A stretch of DNA of 64,000 nucleotides from Myxococcota bacterium (GTDB lineage Bacteria > Myxococcota_A > UBA796 > CAJQPC01): contig JAZAMN010000021.1 of NCBI GenBank assembly GCA_036229005.1, positions 21,680-85,679 on the forward strand, written 5' to 3'. Positions 18,987 through 28,912 of the stretch are shown here, one piece after another. How positions within the stretch are numbered: the first letter of the stretch is position 1; each line of letters opens with the position of its first letter. The notes under the pieces are model-generated. The model had not been told where the DNA came from, ran no database searches, and saw only the letters and a program-made list of their open reading frames with translations. A program made the position numbers and the translations under genes.

Positions 18987-19994
18987 TCAGTCTTCCAGGC
19001 AAACCACGTCGTAGCCGTTCCCACCGACAAAGGTGAAGCCGCTGGGGCAGGCGTCCTGGCGATCGTCGAGCGCCCGGGCGCTCTCGCCGCTGGTGGTCCA
19101 GCTCAGGGAGACGACGGCGCGTGCCTCGGTGGCGTAGCAGACCACCGAGTAGCTGTTGCCGCCCACGAAGTCGAAGCCGGCAGGGCAGGCGTCCTGGGGG
19201 TCGTCCAGATCGGTGGCTGGGCTGCCGTCGGGGAGCCAGGCCAAGGAGAGCGCGGTGCCGGGACCGGAGCCCAGGCAGTTGACGGCGTAGCTGTTGCCGC
19301 CGACGAAGGTGGTGCCGGCGGGGCAGGCCTCGCTGGGCTCCTCCAGATCGATGGCGACGCTGCCGTCGGGGAGCCAGGTCAGGGCGACAAGGTGTTCCAG
19401 GGCGCGCTTGTAGCAGGTGACGGCGTAGCTGCTGCCGCCCACGAAGTCGTAGCCGCTGGGACAGGCCTCGGCGCGGTCCTCCAGGTCGATGGCGGTCGCG
19501 CCGCTGGTGGTCCAGCTGTTGTAGACGGCGGTGGAGGGCGCGCTGTCCAGGCAGGTGACGTTGTAGCTGTTGCCGCCCACGAAGGTGGTGCCGCTGGGGC
19601 AGGCATCGCTGCGATCGTCCAGATCGGTGGCGGTGCTGCCGTCGGGCACCCAGGACATGGAGACCTGGCCTGCGGGGGTGTCCGTCAAGCAGGCCACGGC
19701 GTAGCCGGTGCCGCCCACGAAGGTGGAGCCGCTCGGGCAGCCCTCCGCGTAGCTGCTCAGGTTGGTGACCGGGGTGCCGCTGGTGTCCCAGGACAGGTAG
19801 AGCGTGGTGCGCGCCCCGAGGTCCGCGTCCGCGTCGGAGTCGGTGTCCGCGTCCGCATCGGAGTCCGAGTCGCTGTCGGCGTCGGTGTCGGCGTCGGCCT
19901 CGAGCTGGGTGTCGGTCGAGGTGGGGCCGTCCTTGCGGCAGGCCAGCAGCAGGGCCAGGGGGAGCGCGACGGCGAGGCTTCGGTGCATGGTCAT
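18987..19994 (-). CDS. Lipoprotein with (D-X)n linker and six 46-aa Cys-pair repeats
   Basis: LLLAC lipobox; DADTDADSDSD tract; 6x W...G....L......CP.G..FVGG..Y.V.C. Confidence 0.8.
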   Translation of the reverse strand: MTMHRSLAVALPLALLLACRKDGPTSTDTQLEADADTDADSDSDSDADADTDSDADADLGARTTLYLSWDTSGTPVTNLSSYAEGCPSGSTFVGGTGYAVACLTDTPAGQVSMSWVPDGSTATDLDDRSDACPSGTTFVGGNSYNVTCLDSAPSTAVYNSWTTSGATAIDLEDRAEACPSGYDFVGGSSYAVTCYKRALEHLVALTWLPDGSVAIDLEEPSEACPAGTTFVGGNSYAVNCLGSGPGTALSLAWLPDGSPATDLDDPQDACPAGFDFVGGNSYSVVCYATEARAVVSLSWTTSGESARALDDRQDACPSGFTFVGGNGYDVVCLED

Positions 19995-20141
19995 CTCCGG
20001 TGCGCCCAGGAATAGCTGGTGAGGGCGGGGGTCGGTGAAGGACAGCGGGTCCCCTCGGCTTGTCATTCTCTGTTATGCCACTGGGGCAATCCGAGGCGGG
20101 CCCTGCGGGACCCGACTCACCACTGAACTGGAGGCCCCTGC

Positions 20142-21473
20142 ATGCTCGCGCTCGCGACCCTGCTGGCTGCTCCCCTGGCACAAGCCCAGGAGCTGAGCAT
20201 CCCCTATGAGAAGTACAGCCTGGACAACGGGCTGACGGTCATCCTGGCCGAAGATCACAGCGTCCCCGTGGTCCAGGTCAACGTCTGGTACCACGTCGGC
20301 TCCAAGGACGAGGTGGAGGGCCGCACCGGCTTCGCCCACCTCTTCGAGCACCTGATGTTCCAGGGCTCCGAGAACAACAACCAGGACTACTTCGAGCCCC
20401 TCCAGGAGGTCGGCGCGCGGGTCAACGGGACCACGAACACCGACCGCACCAACTACTTCGAGGGCGTCCCCAGCGAGTACCTGCCCCTGGCCCTGTGGGG
20501 CGAGGCCGACCGCATGGGCTGGCTGGTGATCGACCAGGAGCGCCTGGACAACCAGAAGGAGGTCGTGCGGAACGAGCGCCGTCAGCGCTACGAGAACCGC
20601 CCCTTCGGGACGAGCTGGGTGACCCTGCAGGCCAACGTGTTCCCCGAGCTGCACCCCTACCACCACACCACCATCGGGTCCCACGAGGACCTGGAGGCGG
20701 CCACGCTGGAGGACGTGCAGACCTTCTTCGACACCTGGTACGTGCCCAACAACGCGGTGCTGGTGGTGGCCGGGGACTTTGACCCCGCCGTCGCAAAGCC
20801 CCTGATCGAGCAGTACTTTGGGGAGATCCCCGCGGGCACCGCGGCGCTGCCTGAGCGCGCCACCCCCGAGTCCGTCGACTTCACCCTGGAGCAGGAGGTC
20901 GTCGTCCGGCAGGAAGAAGCCGGCGTGCCCTACGCCCAGGTGTGGATCGCCTGGCCCAGCCCCGCGCTCTACGAGAGCGGTGACGCCGAGCTGGATCTGC
21001 TGAGCAGCCTGCTCACCGACGGCAAGGAGGCCCGGCTCTACAAGGAGCTGGTGCTGGAGCAGCAGATCGCCAAGAGCATCGATGCCTACCAGGTCTCCCG
21101 CTACCTGGACGGCATGTACGTGATCCAGGCGGTGCCGGCCGAGGGCCACAGCACCGACGAGATCGTGGCCGCCGTGGACGCCGTGCTGGCCTCCTTCTTC
21201 GAGGAGGGCCCCACCGCCGACGAGCTCTCCGTGGGCATCGCCCAGTACGAGGCCGGCTTCATCCGCAGCCTGGGCACCGTGGCCAACAAGGCCGACCGCC
21301 TGAACTCCTACTACTTCATGGCCGGTGAGCCCGACTACCTGCAGCAGGACCTGCAGCGCTACCTGGACTGCACCCCCGAGACCGTGCTGAGCGCCGCCAA
21401 GGAGACCCTGGGCTCCGAAGGCCGCGTGATCCTGCACATCACCCCCCCCGCTGACACCGAGGAGGCCAAGTGA
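20142..21473 (+). CDS. M16 zinc peptidase, catalytic subunit
   Basis: GFAHLFEHLMF (HXXEH), NGTT..DRTNY, VVRNERR. Confidence 0.93.
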   Translation: MLALATLLAAPLAQAQELSIPYEKYSLDNGLTVILAEDHSVPVVQVNVWYHVGSKDEVEGRTGFAHLFEHLMFQGSENNNQDYFEPLQEVGARVNGTTNTDRTNYFEGVPSEYLPLALWGEADRMGWLVIDQERLDNQKEVVRNERRQRYENRPFGTSWVTLQANVFPELHPYHHTTIGSHEDLEAATLEDVQTFFDTWYVPNNAVLVVAGDFDPAVAKPLIEQYFGEIPAGTAALPERATPESVDFTLEQEVVVRQEEAGVPYAQVWIAWPSPALYESGDAELDLLSSLLTDGKEARLYKELVLEQQIAKSIDAYQVSRYLDGMYVIQAVPAEGHSTDEIVAAVDAVLASFFEEGPTADELSVGIAQYEAGFIRSLGTVANKADRLNSYYFMAGEPDYLQQDLQRYLDCTPETVLSAAKETLGSEGRVILHITPPADTEEAK

Positions 21474-22909
21474 TGCTCTTCATCTCTCTCTTCATGGCCT
21501 GCCCCAAGACCGCCGAGGTCGAGACCCCGGTGGAGCAGGCTCCCGCGTTCGACCGCAGCGTGCGCCCGGCGCCGCTGGAGGCCAGCAACTTCGAGCTCCC
21601 CAAGATGGAGACCGGCACCCTGTCCAACGGCATGGAGGTCGTGGTCGTCGAGAACCACGAGATCCCCGTGGTCCAGGTGCGGGCCATCTTCACCACCGGT
21701 GACTGGAGCGACCCCGCCGGCCAGGAGGGCCTGGTCACCGCGACCATGGACATGCTCAACGAGGGCGCCGGTGACATGGACGCCCTGGAGATCAGCGCCG
21801 CCCTGCGCAAGATGGCCTCCAGCGTGAGCACCGGGTCCAGCTCGGACACCGCCACCGTGCGCGCCGACAGCCTGGTCAAGCACCTGGAGCCCACCCTGGA
21901 CATCTGGGCCCAGGTCTGGCTGGAGCCCACCTTCCCCGACAGCGAGTGGGAGCGCATCCAGAAGCAGTACCTGCTGGACCTGGAGGCGAGCCGCAAGGAT
22001 CCCAACTCCATGGCCTGGACCGTGACCGACCGGCTGCTCTACGGAGACAGCTACGACGGCCGGAGCTGGTCCGAGGAGAGCCTGGGCGCCGTCGACACCG
22101 AGTCCATGGCCGCCTGGCACCAGGCCCACCTGGTCCCCGCCAACGGCACCATCCTGGTGGGCGGCGACATCACCCTGGCCGAGATCCTGCCCCTGCTCGA
22201 AGAGCGCGTCGGCAGCGTGGCCCCCGGTGAGCCCACCGAGGCCCCCAGCTTCGCGGGCACCCAGCCCACCGAGACCACCATCTACCTGGTGGACAAGCCC
22301 GGCGCGGCCCAGTCCGTGGTCCAGGCCGTGCGCTTCGTCGATGGGCGGGCAGAGGACGGCTACTGGCCCGTGGTCGTGGGGAACACCGCCTGGGGTGGCA
22401 TGTTCATGGCCCGCCTGAACATGAACCTGCGCGAGGACAAGGGCTACACCTACGGCGCCCGGTCCAGCATCTACGAGGGCGCTGGCGGCGCTCTGTGGGT
22501 GGCCAGCTCCAGCGTGCAGTCCGAGGTCACCGCCCCCGCGATGGCCGAGCTCTTCAAGGAGCTGAGCGAGGTCCAGGAGCCCCGGCCCCTGAGCGCGGAC
22601 GAGATCGCCTACGCCAAGTCCAACCGCGTGCTGGGCTACCCCGGCGCCTTCGAGACGGTGGACTACCTGCTCTCCAGCCGCAGCGAGGTCTGGCGCTACG
22701 GCCTGGCCAGCGACTGGGAGGAGCAGTACATCCCCAGTGTCCGGGCGGTCAGCCCCGAGGCGGCCCAGGCCGCGTTCGTGGAGCAGGTCGCCAGCCAGCC
22801 CCTGTTGGTGACGGTCGTTGGTGACCTCGCCAGCATCCAAGAGTCCGTCGAGGCGCTCGGCTACCCCGTGGTGGTGCTGGACGTTGACGGCAACGTTGTG
22901 GAGGACTGA
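21470..22909 (+). CDS. M16 peptidase, non-catalytic partner (lipoprotein)
   Basis: No HXXEH; RLNMNLREDKGYTYG; FMAC lipobox. Confidence 0.9.
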   Translation: MMLFISLFMACPKTAEVETPVEQAPAFDRSVRPAPLEASNFELPKMETGTLSNGMEVVVVENHEIPVVQVRAIFTTGDWSDPAGQEGLVTATMDMLNEGAGDMDALEISAALRKMASSVSTGSSSDTATVRADSLVKHLEPTLDIWAQVWLEPTFPDSEWERIQKQYLLDLEASRKDPNSMAWTVTDRLLYGDSYDGRSWSEESLGAVDTESMAAWHQAHLVPANGTILVGGDITLAEILPLLEERVGSVAPGEPTEAPSFAGTQPTETTIYLVDKPGAAQSVVQAVRFVDGRAEDGYWPVVVGNTAWGGMFMARLNMNLREDKGYTYGARSSIYEGAGGALWVASSSVQSEVTAPAMAELFKELSEVQEPRPLSADEIAYAKSNRVLGYPGAFETVDYLLSSRSEVWRYGLASDWEEQYIPSVRAVSPEAAQAAFVEQVASQPLLVTVVGDLASIQESVEALGYPVVVLDVDGNVVED

Positions 22910-23832
22910 TGTCCATTCGTTCTGAAGTCATCTGGATGGACGGCGAGTTCGTCCCTTACGACGACGCCAAGGTCCACGTCCTCTCCCACACCCTGCACTA
23001 CGGTCTGGGCGTGTTCGAGGGCATCCGCACCTACACCCAGCCCGACGGCAAGGGCGGCATCTTCAAGCTGGACGAGCACGTCCAGCGGCTCTTCGACAGC
23101 GCCAAGATGTGCCGCATCCCCATGCCCTACAGCTTCGAGCAGGTGCGTCAGGCCTGCCTGGACACCCTCAAGGCCAACAAGCTCACCGCCGCCTACATCC
23201 GCCCCCTGGTCTACCTGGGCTACGGGCAGATGGGCCTGGGCGCGCGTCAGAACCAGGTGCACGTGGCGATCGCCGTGTGGCCCTGGGGCGCCTACCTGGG
23301 CGATGAGGGCCTGCAGAAGGGCATCCGCGCCGGCACCAGCAGCTTCACCCGCCACGCGGTGAACTCGAACCTGCAGCGCGCCAAGGTCATCGGCCACTAC
23401 GTCAACAGCATCCTGGCCCGCTACGAGGCCAACGATCACGGCTACGACGAGGCCATCATGCTGGACCAGAACGGCTACGTGGCCGAGGGCACCGGCGAGA
23501 ACCTCTTCGCGATCCGGCACGGCAAGATCAAGACCCCGCCGATCACCAACATCCTGGGCGGCATCACCCGCGGCACCGCGATCGAGATCCTGGAGCACAA
23601 CGGCTACGAGGTCATCGAGACCACCTTTGGCCGCGACGCGCTCTACGTCTCCGACGAGGTCTTCATGACCGGCACCGCCGCGGAGGTCACCCCCATCCGG
23701 GAGATCGACCACCGCACCGTCGGCAACGGCGAGCCCGGCCCCGTCTCCAAGCTGGTCCAGAAGACCTACCTGGACGGCGTCGCCGGCAAGGTCGACTGGA
23801 TGCGCGAGAAGATCACGACCTACGAAATCTGA
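22909..23832 (+). CDS. ilvE: Branched-chain amino acid aminotransferase
   Basis: LHYGLGVFEGIR, AKVIGHY, EGTGEN, GITR, TGTAAEVTP. Confidence 0.96.
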   Translation: MSIRSEVIWMDGEFVPYDDAKVHVLSHTLHYGLGVFEGIRTYTQPDGKGGIFKLDEHVQRLFDSAKMCRIPMPYSFEQVRQACLDTLKANKLTAAYIRPLVYLGYGQMGLGARQNQVHVAIAVWPWGAYLGDEGLQKGIRAGTSSFTRHAVNSNLQRAKVIGHYVNSILARYEANDHGYDEAIMLDQNGYVAEGTGENLFAIRHGKIKTPPITNILGGITRGTAIEILEHNGYEVIETTFGRDALYVSDEVFMTGTAAEVTPIREIDHRTVGNGEPGPVSKLVQKTYLDGVAGKVDWMREKITTYEI

Positions 23833-23847
23833 GGTCTCTGTGGGACC

Positions 23848-23879
23848 GCTCCGTCTGGGCCCGGCGCCTGGGCGGAGCG
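23848..23879 (+). terminator. Possible terminator hairpin after ilvE
   Basis: CGCTCCGTC...GGCGGAGCG stem; no U-tract on the + strand. Confidence 0.4.
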
Positions 23880-23972
23880 CCCAAAAATATCCAGATTTCA
23901 GGCGATTACAGATTGCTTTCATTCTGGAGAGCGCTTTCGGGGCGGGCGCATCTGTGCTAGGCTGATCACGTC

Positions 23973-26900
23973 TTGGACCGCAGCGTTGGGGGGTCGGGCG
24001 TGCAGGGTGTCGCAGCGAGAAAGCAAGAGGAGGGGAGCTCGGCGCTGGAGGCTGCGTCCACACCGGCAGACCACCTGGAGCAGGAGCAGACCCAGCGGCT
24101 GTCTGGCGCAGGCGAGGTCCCCAAGGTGGCTGCCGCCCCCGCGCAGCCAGAGGACGCTGGCGATGCCAGCGGCGCTGGCCCCTACGACTGGATGGGGATG
24201 GGCGAGGATGGCCAGGGGGGCGCGCCGCCTCCAGAGGCCCCGGAGCCGGAGCAGGAGCAGGCCGAGGGGGCGGAGCCGGCCAGCCTGACCTCGCTGGCGG
24301 ATGGTGGTGACTTTGTGTTGCCGGAGGCCAGCAGCCCGGGGGGTTTGCTGTCCAGCTTGACGGGGGCACCCGCTTCTTCCCTCCTGGGGGCCTATGAGCG
24401 CTCCAGGGCCCAGGCGCCCAAGCTGCTGGGGGCGCAGTGGGAGGCGACCGTGCAGGGCCTGCCCCAGGTGCCGACGCCGACGGGCATCGCGCCGGGAGCG
24501 CCCGCCCCTGAGCCCCAGGTGGAGGGGGAGCGTTCGGCGCAGGTCAAGCTGGAGGCCGGAAAGGGAGAGGCGCCGCCGGCGACCGCCGATGTCCCGGCGC
24601 CCGCGCCGGCGATGGCGAGGCGGGGCACGGAGATCGGCGAAGATCAGGTGCAGGGGGCCGCGGCTGGAGCGTTGGCGGCGGTGCGACTCCCCAGCGAGGC
24701 GGTCAGCACGCGCTTCCAGTCGCGGCCGAAGATGGCGCTGGGTGGGGACTCGGATCCGGGGCGCATGGCGGGGGCGAAGGGCGCCATGGAGCAGGAGGTC
24801 GGTGGGGCTCACCGCGCGGCGCTGGGAGAGGCGGGCCAGGACTTTGGAGAGGGCGCGATCGCCCCGAGCGAGGACAGCGAGGTCCTCCAGGCGCAGGTGA
24901 GCCTGGCGGAGCCCCAGGGCCTGGATGCGCCGGAGGCCCCCGTGGTGGAGCTGCCCCCGGAGATGGCGGCGCAGGTGGATGGGGCCGCGGGTCCGCTGCT
25001 GCAGGGGCAGATGCAGGCGCCCGTGCTGGAGCACCAGGCGGGGGAGCAGGCCTTCCAGGCGGAGAAGGCGGCGGCCCACGAGCAGGCGCGGGCGGACATG
25101 GCCGCTGCTGAGCAGGACGCGGTCAGGGAGCAGCTTGGTGCGCGGGAGGGCGCGAGCGCGGAGGTCCAGGCGGCCAAGGAGCGGTGGCGGGAGGAGGTCG
25201 ATGCGGTCCAGGCGGACGCACAGGCCCAGGCCACCAAGGCCCACGGCGAGCAGCAGGGGGCCATCGAGAAGCGGGCGTTGCAGGCCAACAGTGAGGCCCA
25301 GGCCCACCTGGACGACGCCGAGAAGAAGGCGGCGGCGCACAAGAAGGAGGCGGAGGCCAAGGCCGCCAAGGAGAAGGCCAAGGCCGATCAGGAGTCCGGG
25401 GGATTCCTGGGGTGGGTGGCGTCCAAGGCCAAGGCCCTGGTGGATGGGCTCAAGGCCGCCATGAACACCATCTACGACGGGCTCCGGGCCGCCGTGAAGC
25501 TGGTGTTCGAGGCCGCAAAGAAGCTGGCGGAGGCCGCCATCGAGCTGGGCCGCAAGGCCATCGTGCTGCTGATCGAGGGCTACGCGACGCTGCTCAAGGG
25601 CATCCTCAAGGTCGCGCTTGCGGCCTTCCCCAAGCTGGCGGACGCTGCGTGCAAGCGCATCGATCAGGCCAAGGCCAAGGCCACCGAGCTGGTGAACAAG
25701 GCGGCTGCCACCCTCAAGAGCGTGACCTCGGGGATCCTGGACTTCCTGGCGACCACCCTGGACAAGGCGCTGGGGCTGGTCCAGAGCCTGTACAACGGGG
25801 CCTTCACGCTGATCGGCATGGTCATCAGCGGGCAGTGGAAGGAGATCGTGCAGGGCCTCAAGAACCTGGGCGACTCGGCCGCTCAGGCGCCGCCCCAGTT
25901 CGAGGCCGCCGCCTACGAAGAGGTGCTGGGCGGGGACATGAGCCAGCCCCTGAGCCCGGCGGAGATGGCGCTCGCTGGCCTGACGCCTCCGGGGGCTGCT
26001 CAGGGTGGGGGAGGCGGCCTGGACGAGCTGAGCGGTCCGCCCTGGACCCAGGACAACGTGGGCGTGGAGCAGGTGCTGTCCGGGCTGGAGCTGTCCCCGG
26101 AGCTGCAGGAGCAGCTCATGACGCAGACCGGCGGCCAGGGCGAGGTCGAGTTCGGCCAGTCCAATGACCCTTCACGCAGCATGGAGTCCATCCTGGGGCT
26201 GGAGCAGGGCGCGGACACCGCGGGTGCGGGTCAGGAGGTGGTGCCCGACGATGGCCTGAGCGTCTCGGAGCGCGCCGGCGCCAAGTGGACCATCATGAAG
26301 AAGGGCATCTCCGACTGGTGGTCCAAGAACTGGCCGCTGGTGCTGGCCGGTGGTGTCATCGGGACGGCCGCCTTCATCGCGGCGAACATCCTCAGCGGCG
26401 GCGCCGTGCTGGCGGCGGTGCCCCCCATCCTGTCGGTGCTGGGGCCCCTCTTCATGGGCCTGATGGCCGTGCAGATGGGCGGCTATGTGGCCGGCTACCT
26501 GGAGAAGGGCTGGGCCGGCGACACCCAGCCCGCGGGCAAGTCCCTGGCCAAGGCCCTGGCGGTGGGGGCCATCGAGCTCATCTCCTACCTGACCTTCAAG
26601 GCTGGCGGTGCCGCACTCAAGGGGGCCAAGGCGCTGGCGGGTAGCGCCAAACAGCTCGCCAAGGGCGCCGTCAGCCTGGCCAAGCGCGGCGTGGCCTACG
26701 TCATCAAGCAGGGCAAGGTCCTGCTCAAGGGCCTGAGCAACACCGGCTTCGGCAAGGCCTTCAAGAAGCTGGGCGCGCTGGGCAAGGGGCTGCTGAGCAA
26801 GACCAAGTTCAAGGGCTTCCGGATTCGAGTGGGTGGGGGCCGGTTCAGGCTTGAGGGGAAGGTCAACCCTTGGGTGTTGCTTGCGGATGGCAAGGTTCAG

Positions 26901-27857
26901 TGGTTGGACAACAGCCAGGTCACCCGGAATGGAAACCGAGGGAACTTCAAGCTTGGGGAGGAACTCAGGCGAACTTCCGATGGCCTGGATGGAGTAGTGG
27001 TAGGTACCCAGCAGGGGAACAAGACCAAGCTCGTTCGGTCGCTGGAGAGCATCTCAGATGCGTCGGGTCAACCCAATGCACTCGGAGTGTCGGGTGATGA
27101 TGTGCTTCCGATGTACAAGCATCTCACTCAGCTGGACATCGACCCAGCCAAGCTCACTCAACTGGCTGCGAAGCACGGCCTCTCACCGGATGAGCTTGCA
27201 AAGGTCATGCGACAGCGTGGAGAGGACTTCATGACACGTCTGGCTGGACGCTCCGAGGACGAGATCATCAAGGCGCTGAAGGCCGCGTCTCATGAGATCG
27301 ATGATGGTGGGCATAGCCTTCTCAGGCACGGACCTGATCACACCGACCCGGCGCTCAACAAACGGTTGAACCAGGGAATTGCTCCAGACCAGAGCGTGAG
27401 GAATGCCCCAGGGGGCTCGACGAAGTTCCAGAGCTACGACGACTGGTTGAAGACTCGGGATAGAGCTCTCCAAGAAATCCAGGCTGGGAACAACAACGCA
27501 AGTCTTCCAGTCGATCTGTCCAAACCACCGGGCGTGGATGGCAATCCGACGAATGACTTCATCAAGACGACTATCGAGTACAGCAGCACTGGTTCAACGA
27601 AGGGAAGCGGATTCATCGGCGACCGGACGGCTAGTCCGATGAAGCAGAACGTCACTCACAACGGAGCGGATCAGATTCGGGTCTGGAATCAGACGAATCC
27701 AGTGAAGGATGGTGTTCAGCGGGTGACGACCGGAATCAAGTGGGACCCGAGCGCTGGTAGGTGGAAGGTCATCCAGCACTTCCCTGAGGCCACTTCGATG
27801 AACTTCAACCACATCTCCGGTTCGTACACGTCCGGAACTCCAAACGTGGTGCTCTGA
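23973..27857 (+). CDS. Polymorphic-toxin-like protein with C-terminal putative nuclease domain
   Basis: Ala/Glu coiled coil, GGFLGWVASKAK helical region, TM hairpin, then lower-GC C-terminus with GGHSLLRHG, STKF, WKVIQHFP; start codon uncertain. Confidence 0.75.
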   Translation: MDRSVGGSGVQGVAARKQEEGSSALEAASTPADHLEQEQTQRLSGAGEVPKVAAAPAQPEDAGDASGAGPYDWMGMGEDGQGGAPPPEAPEPEQEQAEGAEPASLTSLADGGDFVLPEASSPGGLLSSLTGAPASSLLGAYERSRAQAPKLLGAQWEATVQGLPQVPTPTGIAPGAPAPEPQVEGERSAQVKLEAGKGEAPPATADVPAPAPAMARRGTEIGEDQVQGAAAGALAAVRLPSEAVSTRFQSRPKMALGGDSDPGRMAGAKGAMEQEVGGAHRAALGEAGQDFGEGAIAPSEDSEVLQAQVSLAEPQGLDAPEAPVVELPPEMAAQVDGAAGPLLQGQMQAPVLEHQAGEQAFQAEKAAAHEQARADMAAAEQDAVREQLGAREGASAEVQAAKERWREEVDAVQADAQAQATKAHGEQQGAIEKRALQANSEAQAHLDDAEKKAAAHKKEAEAKAAKEKAKADQESGGFLGWVASKAKALVDGLKAAMNTIYDGLRAAVKLVFEAAKKLAEAAIELGRKAIVLLIEGYATLLKGILKVALAAFPKLADAACKRIDQAKAKATELVNKAAATLKSVTSGILDFLATTLDKALGLVQSLYNGAFTLIGMVISGQWKEIVQGLKNLGDSAAQAPPQFEAAAYEEVLGGDMSQPLSPAEMALAGLTPPGAAQGGGGGLDELSGPPWTQDNVGVEQVLSGLELSPELQEQLMTQTGGQGEVEFGQSNDPSRSMESILGLEQGADTAGAGQEVVPDDGLSVSERAGAKWTIMKKGISDWWSKNWPLVLAGGVIGTAAFIAANILSGGAVLAAVPPILSVLGPLFMGLMAVQMGGYVAGYLEKGWAGDTQPAGKSLAKALAVGAIELISYLTFKAGGAALKGAKALAGSAKQLAKGAVSLAKRGVAYVIKQGKVLLKGLSNTGFGKAFKKLGALGKGLLSKTKFKGFRIRVGGGRFRLEGKVNPWVLLADGKVQWLDNSQVTRNGNRGNFKLGEELRRTSDGLDGVVVGTQQGNKTKLVRSLESISDASGQPNALGVSGDDVLPMYKHLTQLDIDPAKLTQLAAKHGLSPDELAKVMRQRGEDFMTRLAGRSEDEIIKALKAASHEIDDGGHSLLRHGPDHTDPALNKRLNQGIAPDQSVRNAPGGSTKFQSYDDWLKTRDRALQEIQAGNNNASLPVDLSKPPGVDGNPTNDFIKTTIEYSSTGSTKGSGFIGDRTASPMKQNVTHNGADQIRVWNQTNPVKDGVQRVTTGIKWDPSAGRWKVIQHFPEATSMNFNHISGSYTSGTPNVVL

Positions 27858-28540
27858 TGACGTCGATTCCCGTTGCCATTGGCCTCCTCATTGGTCATGT
27901 TGACACGCTGTTTTCCCGGCTTGATCATGAGCTCGACGAGGACCCCTTTCCGAATCATCGGACATCAGCGTTGTGGGCAGGGGAGTGGGACGCCCTGCGC
28001 TTGGGCATCGAGAAGGTCTTGGCGACCCCATCTTTCGACGCCGCTCGTTTGGCACCCCATTGCGAGTGGGAGCATGATGACGAGGAGGTGCGGGAGGTCC
28101 TGGAGGCGTTTCGCCGGCGCTTCTGGGAGCCGTTGAACCCAGCGTTGGTGGCGCGCGTGGTCCTGACGGACGAGACCATGAATCAGTGGCGTCAGCGACA
28201 ACGAGACGGGCAGGCTTGGCCAGACGCGGCTCGCGACGCGCTGATGCAGCAGCTCTCGACACAGCTTCAGACTGGGGGCTCCTTGGATCCAAGCGGGCTG
28301 GAAGGCTCGGATTCCGAGGAAGCGTGTGTGGCGTCTCTTGTCGACCTCCTGCGGTTCGAGCTTGGGGAGGCTGCCCGGAGGGACGCGGCCGATGTGCTGG
28401 AGCTGATGACTCGCGATCGACTGAGTCCAGTGGTGGAGGAGCTGAGTCGACGCAGCGGGTTCGACTGGCAGACTGACGGGAGATGGGGCGCCCTTGCGGC
28501 GCTCCTCCAGAAGGTCGAAGACAGGCTGCGAGATGGGTGA
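27857..28540 (+). CDS. Putative cognate immunity protein (family A)
   Basis: TGATG-coupled to the toxin; lower GC. Confidence 0.6.
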   Translation: MTSIPVAIGLLIGHVDTLFSRLDHELDEDPFPNHRTSALWAGEWDALRLGIEKVLATPSFDAARLAPHCEWEHDDEEVREVLEAFRRRFWEPLNPALVARVVLTDETMNQWRQRQRDGQAWPDAARDALMQQLSTQLQTGGSLDPSGLEGSDSEEACVASLVDLLRFELGEAARRDAADVLELMTRDRLSPVVEELSRRSGFDWQTDGRWGALAALLQKVEDRLRDG

Positions 28541-28597
28541 AGACCGCCTGCGGATGTCTGAGTGTCGGCAGAGAAACCACCTTCTTCCCTGGGTCCC

Positions 28598-28912
28598 ATG
28601 AACGTCCCAATCCGCCATCTCATGGAAGAAGACGTCGGCACTTGGTACTACAAGCTGTCCCTGCCCCAGGAGCCAGGGTGGGTTTGGCTGGGGCCCGTGC
28701 TCAAGGGTCTGTTGGGGGCCCTGGGGGAGTTTGCGGAGCTGGACGTGCTGTGGCTCTGCGACGACTCAGGCGAGAACAACCGCCGGCTGGAGGGCTTCTT
28801 GCGGCGCTTGGAGCAGGTCTCGGCGCTGGAGTTTGACTACGCCGAGTCTCTCGTTGGGTTCAAGGACCAGATCCACAGAACCGGCTTCCACCCCAGGGCG
28901 GCCGAGACCTGA
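28598..28912 (+). CDS. Internally deleted immunity-like protein (family B fragment)
   Basis: C-terminal ENNRRL..FL...EQV..LEFDYAES...GFHP...ET nearly identical to the next gene. Confidence 0.55.
   Translation: MNVPIRHLMEEDVGTWYYKLSLPQEPGWVWLGPVLKGLLGALGEFAELDVLWLCDDSGENNRRLEGFLRRLEQVSALEFDYAESLVGFKDQIHRTGFHPRAAET

Noticed and set aside
23880..23930. AT-rich stretch as an attachment site of an island
   Set aside because: No matching repeat found at the far end of the toxin locus and no integrase; more likely a promoter region
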